A stretch of DNA of 64,000 nucleotides from Blastocladiella emersonii ATCC 22665 (Eukaryota > Fungi > Blastocladiomycota), in assembly GCA_025594325.1 (NCBI GenBank), contig JANHCV010000007.1, positions 62,001-126,000 of the forward strand. The letters are read 5' to 3'. The notes under the pieces are model-generated. The model saw only the letters and a program-made list of their open reading frames with translations, made no database searches and was not told where the DNA came from. The translations under genes were made by a program, and so were the position numbers. Positions 58,007-64,000 of this stretch are shown here, one piece after another (the first letter of the stretch is position 1; each line of letters starts with the position of its first letter).

Positions 58007-60318
58007 ATGTATTACGGAAACGGCCCCGCGACCCCGCACACGCCGACGACGCCGTTCGCGGCCGGCCACTTCTCGCTGCCGCCGTCGCACCACCAGCAGC
58101 AGCACTACAACCCGGCCGACGCGCTCGTCAACAGCCTGCTCGCGCGGTCTTCGGCCATCTCGCCGGCCAAGCTGTGGACGTTTCTGCGCAAGATCCAGCT
58201 GTCGCGCGACGTGAACGACCTCGCCAACTTTGCCGACGGCGGTACGCCTTCCTCGATCGTCCAGCAAGGTGGTTCGGATCTGACTCGTGTCCCCGCGCCT
58301 ACGTGTGTAGTCCTCGTCGCCGAGATCATCCGCCAGTACGCCCCGCTGCTCGTCACGTCGGTTGAGCTCCAGCACCTCGCCAACGAGCTGGCCCTGGGCC
58401 ACGACGACCGTCCGGTCTGGCATCGGCTCTCTCGTACGTTTTCTCACGCCTGCGAGCCCGCCCTCCACGCTCACATCGTCCGTCGTCATGTAGTCACGGC
58501 GTTTGCGCAGCTGTGCATCGACCTGACCGACGGCGTGGTCCGCGCGTTCGAGCGCGGCGACGAGCGCATCATCGTCGACTTTATCATTGTGCTCTTCGAG
58601 CAGGTACGCCGTCCCGGCTCCCGAGTCCCGTTGTCAACCTCGCCACTCACCTCCCTCCCCGCCCGTAGCTCGACCAGTACAAGCGGATCCAGAAGGCCTT
58701 CAACTCGCACACGCGGCTGCTGATCAGCGACAACTTCGACGCGCTGACGACGCCGCGCACGTTCCGCGGCGCGCCGTTTGCGGCCGAGTGCAAGCGGCCG
58801 TGGGTGTACGGCAAGACGGTGATCCGGCTCAGCAACGTCGACTACCAGACGACCAAGCGCGACGCGCAGCGGTTCCTGTACCCGATCCTGGTGCGGCCCG
58901 AGAACATCCACGTGCCCGTGCACCTGTCGACGGGCAAGATGATGTACACCATCTACGTCGTCTTTGACGAGCAGGTGCTGCCGCTGCACGTTGTCGACCT
59001 GCACTCGGGCAACACGCTGCTGTCGCGCCGCGTCGAGATCAAGGTGGTCCCGCTCGACGAGCTCATGGCCGTCATGTACTCGCGCGGCATGGCGGCCGCC
59101 GGCGCCGGCGCCGCGGGCCAGGGCCAGAACCAGCAGCAGCAGCCGCGGCTCATGGACGACGCCGAGTGGATCCTCGAGGACTCCAAGGACCGGCTCATCA
59201 AGCTGTGCAGCACGGCCAAGAACTGCTTCAACTGCAAGACGCCCGAGCGCCCGTTCGAGCACGCGCTCAGCTACCTGTCCATGGTGCCGTGGACGCAGGG
59301 CGTGCGGATCTCGGCCATCGAGATGCAGCGGCTGTACGAGCTCGCGTGCGGCGCGTGCACGGCGCTGCTCACGTTCCTCAACCACGACTCGTTCCGCGAC
59401 AAGTTCACGGTCGACCTCCTGTACCGCCTCATCGAGGCCAGCCTCGAGCTCCCGTTCAGCGAGGAGCAGCTCCACTTTATCCGCTCCATCCAGGACGTAC
59501 GTTTGCTTCTCGCTGCTTTACACTCTGACCCGATGACTGACAGGTTGATGACCCCCCTGTAGGCTCACGTCAGCGGTCCCGAGGAGTTTCTGCGCCGGAT
59601 CCTCAGCCAGCGCGACATTGCGCCGACTTTCTCCTCGTCGTCCTCGAGCCCGACGCCCGTCGACCCCGTGTCCTCGGCGCCCACGACCACCATGGCCATC
59701 CCGACGCCGCCGCGCGCCGTGAACGAGCCGCTCCTCGCGGCGCTCGGCTCGCGCACCAACGGCGGGCTCGACCTGTACTCGCGCCGCATGAAGCAGCATC
59801 AGTCGTCGCACGGCGGCCACACCGGGCTCACGCTCACGCAGCAGCAGCACCAGCACCCGCAGCACCACTCGCAGTCGGGCGCGCGGTCGGGCCTCAGCAT
59901 CTCGGTCCTGCCCGGCTCGTCGAGCATCAAGCCGGCGATCCACTCGGCGTTCGCGGCCATGACGCCGCCGTACACGACGCGGTCGCCGAGCCCAAGCGAC
60001 GCTGCGGGCAGCGGCGGCCTGGTCCGTGACTCGGCCTTCTACCACCACGCGCACTCGTACTCGTCGGGGTCCGGGTTCATGTCGGCCGGGCTCCCGCCGG
60101 CGCCGCTGTCGGCGCAGCCCACGCGCACGTCGTTCTTCTCGCTCGCGACGCCGCGGTACCCGGACTCGCCGACGAGCTCGGTCGGGACGGGCGTGGGCAG
60201 CGAGGGGTTCGGCAGCTTCGGCGGCATCGCGGCGGGGTCGCCCATGGCCGTGGACGACCGGTTCGAGGGCGTCGCGCCCGAGAGCATCCTCGGCCGCGGG
60301 CTGTGGGAGGCGCTGTAG
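58007..60318 (+). CDS. RRM (qRRM-like) RNA-binding protein, about 5 exons, low-complexity C-terminus
   Basis: VIRLSNVDYQTTKRDAQRFL..IHVPVHLSTGKMMYTIYVVFD..RRVEIKVVPLDELMAVMY, followed by a PERPFEHALSYLSMVPW helical domain; canonical introns present. Confidence 0.72.
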
Positions 60319-60817
60319 CCTGGCCACCGACGCGGCCGCGCTCGACTATCCTCATCCCATCCCACCATCCCATTGCAGCATCTACTTGTTCAAATCCATT
60401 TCATATCGATCGCTCTCTCCCTCCCTCCCTCGTCCTCCCTGCCGCAAATACCCACTCACTCTACTTTTCGCTCGCTCGCATCACGATCCAATCCCTTGAC
60501 GGCACCTTTTCGCTCCCCTCTCTCCGCTCTCATCTCACCACGCTCGAGGCGGGCGGCGGCACACGTCGCTGGCGCCCTCGGGTCCCTGTCGATTAATTAG
60601 ATGGCTTTTTTTATGAACTGGTTGGTCGCTCCCGTCAGTCGCCACGCTCGCGTCCGCGAAGAGTCGCGACGGACGCGTTTCGATATCATGTGAGGCGAGG
60701 AGCTGCTCGATTCAAAGTCCTCCGCGGCCAGGCGGCCTGCTCTGCGTCTCTAACGCCCACGCTAGCCCATGTAACTCGCGCCCAAGCGCACCAACACTCC
60801 CCGCAACGCACCAACCC

Positions 60818-61678
60818 ATGTCAGACCCGAACCAGGCCTCGGTGGCGCTGCTGATGGGGCAGCTGCTCAACCTGGACCGGCAGCTCGACAACCTGGTCAA
60901 GACCATGGCGCAGATCCGCGGGCTGCACGGCGCCGAGGCGGGCGCCAACTACGCGAGCCTGCTCGAGGGCCTGCAGCACGCGGCCGCGCAGCTGAGCGGG
61001 CTGGCCATGGCCATGCACAAGAAGATGGCCGACTTCGTGGTGCTGCCGTTCGCCATCGACAACCCGGCGGGCGACGTGGCGCCTGAGTGGCTCAAGGTGG
61101 TGCCCGAGCTCCCGCTCGAGGTCGTCGCCGCCGACGCACAGCTCGTCGAGACGGAGCGCGTCCAGTTGCAGCAGATGGTCGCGCGCGACGCGGCCAACGC
61201 GCAGCAGGGTGGGAGTAGTAGTGGGCCGGCGGCCAAGCGGCGAAACGTGCGCGGCGGCCTCCTCGCGGCGCGCCGCAACGCCGCCGACACGGCGTCGGCG
61301 GCGGACCCGACCAAGGACGACGCGACCATGTTTGCCAAGCTGCAGGCTAAGGTCCGGTTCCACGATGATATCCTCAACAAGGCCCAGACGTACCTGACGG
61401 ACCAGTTTGCCGCCAAGGAGCACAAGCTGTTCCGGCCGTACCAGGAGGTCGACGACTTTGACGTGGACGACGCCGCCACCGGGTTCGTGGCGGGCGAGGA
61501 CGCCGGTGGCCAGCGCCGGATGCACGCGTCGCGGCTCAACCGGGTGTCGACGGTCCAGGCGGCCATGTCCCTCGCGGCCATGCACGCTGGGTCCGCCCCG
61601 CCGCCCGTCGTCCCGCCCGACGCCGCCAACCGGCTGCGCGAAATTGTGCGGTTCATGCACGGCGGTCCTCCCATGTGA
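60818..61678 (+). CDS. Probable Mediator subunit 8-like protein (286 aa)
   Basis: N-terminal helical pattern (QLLNLDRQLDNL..YASLLEGLQHAAAQLSGL..FVVLP) and C-terminal LREIVRFMHGG resemble Med8. The CDS is clear; the family call is tentative. Confidence 0.55.
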   Translation: MSDPNQASVALLMGQLLNLDRQLDNLVKTMAQIRGLHGAEAGANYASLLEGLQHAAAQLSGLAMAMHKKMADFVVLPFAIDNPAGDVAPEWLKVVPELPLEVVAADAQLVETERVQLQQMVARDAANAQQGGSSSGPAAKRRNVRGGLLAARRNAADTASAADPTKDDATMFAKLQAKVRFHDDILNKAQTYLTDQFAAKEHKLFRPYQEVDDFDVDDAATGFVAGEDAGGQRRMHASRLNRVSTVQAAMSLAAMHAGSAPPPVVPPDAANRLREIVRFMHGGPPM

Positions 61679-61789
61679 TATACCTCTACGTTTCGCAACG
61701 CATTAGATTGGAGAAGCACTGGCAGCTTCAGGCAGGGATGATTGCTTCAGCAGGGGTTCTCCAGCTTCAGGGCAGATCGACGTGAAGCA

Positions 61790-61990
61790 AAATTCGACAC
61801 GTGAACTACTACTACTTACTACTTACGCCGTCAAGACCGCCGCAGCCCCTTGCCGGCCGTACTGAGGCACCCCTCGCGGGGTAGACGTGTCCTTGGGCAC
61901 GCCGAGAAACTCGACCCCAGCGCAGGTTACACGGCGGGCGCAAACTCGAGCCGCGGCGCGTGTACGAGAAGGATGTTGAGGGCCGCGTTG
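61790..61990 (-). ncRNA. Candidate Fanzor omegaRNA scaffold region
   Basis: Positional expectation (3' of, or overlapping, the ORF end) plus short stems: ACCCC-GCGA-GGGGT and CGAG-TTT-CTCG. Boundaries are unknown. Confidence 0.3.
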
Positions 61991-63889
61991 TGGTCGCGGT
62001 TGAAGGTGAAGTGGCACCGTGGGCAATGCTTGGTGGTCCACGGCGTGCGCCGGCGGCCCGTCACCAGGTCGCACGCGCCGTCCGCGCGCTGCTGCGGCGT
62101 CGACAGCGCCGTGCACACGGCGCACCGCTTGGACGTGTACCCCTCGGCGACGCGGAAGATGTCGACACCGCGGCGCACCAGCTGGTCCACGATCTCGACG
62201 ACGGGACCGTGATGAGGGACACGGATCCCGCCGTACGTGAACTGGTGGCCGATGAGCACGACCGCGTCGTCGAGCGGCTTGGCCAGCTTGTCGAACATCC
62301 TCTGGCGCTGCCGGTGCGTGAAGAAGTTGAGGCGCCCGAGCGCCGCGCGCCCCGCCTCGGCGAGCGTCGCCTCCTCGGCAGCCACGTTGGCGCGGATCTT
62401 GTCGGCGAGCGGGCGGGCGGGGTGCGCGGCCGCGGCACAGGCCTTGTCGTGCTTGTCGAGCCTGTGCTGCGTGCGCCACTTGCGCGAGCGGCGCGACTTG
62501 ATGTGCGAGCCGGTCTTGTGGTGGAACTCGGTCGCCGAAATGCCGTCAAACCGGTGATCGAGGCCCTCCTTGGTGAGGGCGACGTCGAGCAGGGTCTCGC
62601 TCAGCGGCTCGAGGGCCGCAGCCAGCGCGTCCTCGTCCAGCGCCGGGTTGGCGTGCAGCGCGGCGGCCTCGGCGACGACGTTGTCCTTGAGGTGGTAGAG
62701 GAGCGGGAGCGACACGGAGATGGCCTCGATGGGCGAGTTGGCGTCGGGGTCGATTGAGACACCCTTGGTCTTGCCGGCGCGCACCGGGATCGGGCCGTCG
62801 TGCAGGTTCATGCCGGCGCCGCGGCGGCGGTCGACACGGTGCTGCGGTGGCGGCGAGAAGACGAGCGGTGGATCGCCGGGCTCCACGTCAGGCTCGACGA
62901 GCGGGCCGGTCAGGGCAAGCTTGACTCGGTTGGCGTCGGACATTTTCTTGCGGATCCGTGTCGACGGCGCGTGGTCGTGCGGGCGGAGCCCATCGCGGCA
63001 CATGAGGACCCGCGCCGAGTACCCGTCCGTCATGATCGAGCCGTAGAATTGGTTGATGGGTTGGGCGCCGCGCCGAAGCCGCCAGCACAGGTCGTGCTTG
63101 ATGAACGAGGAGCAGTGGGCGAGCAGGTAGTCCCAGTGCACCTTTGCGAGGCGCGCATCCTCGAGCTCGTACTCGGCGACGCGCTCCAGCGCATCGGTCC
63201 AGTCCATGCCGTCCGCGTCGGGTCGTCGAGCACGTCGTAGTCGCCTTTCGGCCAGGCGGCGAATATGCCGCGGGTGATGGGCGACGGCGGCTTTCCACGA
63301 CCCGCGGCCGACATGAGGGCCTCGAAGGGCATGTGGAAGAAGCGGCCGCGGACCTTGAGCTGCGGCACCGTGGGCGGGACCGGGGTCGACGCCTGGATGA
63401 GCCCGCGCGGACGTAGTCGTCGCGCAGGCGGTGCAGGCGCAGCAGGCGCTGGAGCCAGGGGACGCCGTCGATGTTGATGCCAGCGTCACCGCGGACGAGG
63501 TGCTTGGTGTTGCGGACCAGCGCGTCGACCTCATCCGCGTCCTCGGGGTGCCGCTCGAGCCACCAGTCGAGCTGGTAGTGGGCGAGCAGCGCGGCCTCGG
63601 CCGTCTTGACCTCCTGCTTGACGAGGGCCTCGGCCAGCGTGGTAATGTACTTGTCGCCCTCCTTCCACCCCTCGCGCTCGATCTCGCCCACGTAGGTGCG
63701 CGCCAGCGGGTCCATGGGGACCGGTCGGCCTCCGCCGATGCAGTTGCGGGCGTAGACGGCGAGGAGGTTGGGCGTCTGCAGCGCGATGATCTTGAGCGAG
63801 TTGTACGGCCGGACGCGCTGATCACGCCGCGTGAGCGAGTGACGCACCGGCTGGCAAACGCGCTTTCGGCCGACCTCCCTCGCTGCCAC
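61927..63889 (-). mobile_element. Fanzor1-type (TnpB-like) RNA-guided nuclease gene, frameshifted in the N-terminal half; the element may extend beyond the window
   Basis: FYGSIMTDGYSARVL; RuvC-I GVSIDP (D 62749-51); AVVLIG (G at the canonical E site); RuvC-II VAEGYTSKRC (E 62143-45); CAVC..CPRC zinc ribbon; RuvC-III FNRDHNAALNIL (D 61993-95). Confidence 0.9.
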
Positions 63890-64000
63890 AAGACGTGCTT
63901 GGTGTCATCCGCAACGCCGACCGCATCCTCGCCGCCCTCAACGCTGGGCACGAGGGAGAGCGGTACCCGGTCAAGTTCCGCCGGATCCTGACCATATGCG

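Noticed and set aside
61680-61830. A Fanzor guide target inside the window (partial TCGAATT..GTCGATC similarity to ~57414-57432)
   Set aside because: The match is short and gapped, built on common TCGA palindromes, and the guide boundary is unknown.
1-64000. Most long ORFs in the track (e.g. 547-1857, 8752-9798, 10233-11855, 11119-13293, 19566-21206, 33621-35801, 52957-54546, 60821-61660, 63431-63991)
   Set aside because: They are antisense or off-frame shadows of real GC3-rich genes, or Arg/Pro/Ala-rich open frames expected at this GC content; they have no motifs.
1-64000. Prokaryotic origin, operons, rRNA or tRNA genes
   Set aside because: Spliceosomal introns and eukaryote-specific genes occur throughout; I recognised no rRNA- or tRNA-like sequence.

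Overview
This is eukaryotic, very GC-rich DNA with short (about 55-95 nt) GT..AG introns carrying CTRAC/CTAAC branch sites. A radial-spoke-type MORN gene and fungal-type housekeeping genes suggest a zoosporic fungus (Blastocladiomycota/chytrid-like; inference). Four zones are visible. (1) 1-29.1 kb: an apparently perfect inverted repeat of at least 5.9 kb (1-5930 mirrors 23208-29137). Each arm carries a 4-exon ~1024-aa orphan gene and the 3' half of an Mrr-type nuclease (RRG7-like) gene. The arms flank a 17.3-kb block of conserved genes: sphingolipid C9-methyltransferase, MSH2, aspartate aminotransferase, UBTD-like, DPB2, a TM RING-H2 ligase and an RSPH10B-like gene. (2) 29-33.7 kb: gene-poor, with scrambled coding relics, followed by an SH3 membrane protein and a peroxisomal SDR. 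(3) 39-57 kb: an intron-poor, all-minus-strand accessory island with relaxed codon bias. It encodes a USP7-UBL-only protein with a possible Gag-like N-terminus, a spliced helical-domain-kinase-LRR fusion, and three tandem ATPase-dead SNF2/Rad5-like RING paralogs in different states of decay. (4) 58-64 kb: an RRM gene, a Med8-like gene, and a Fanzor1-type (eukaryotic TnpB-like RNA-guided nuclease) gene with an intact RuvC triad but frameshifts in its N-terminal half, running to the window edge. Family assignments come from motif recognition by eye, not from database searches.
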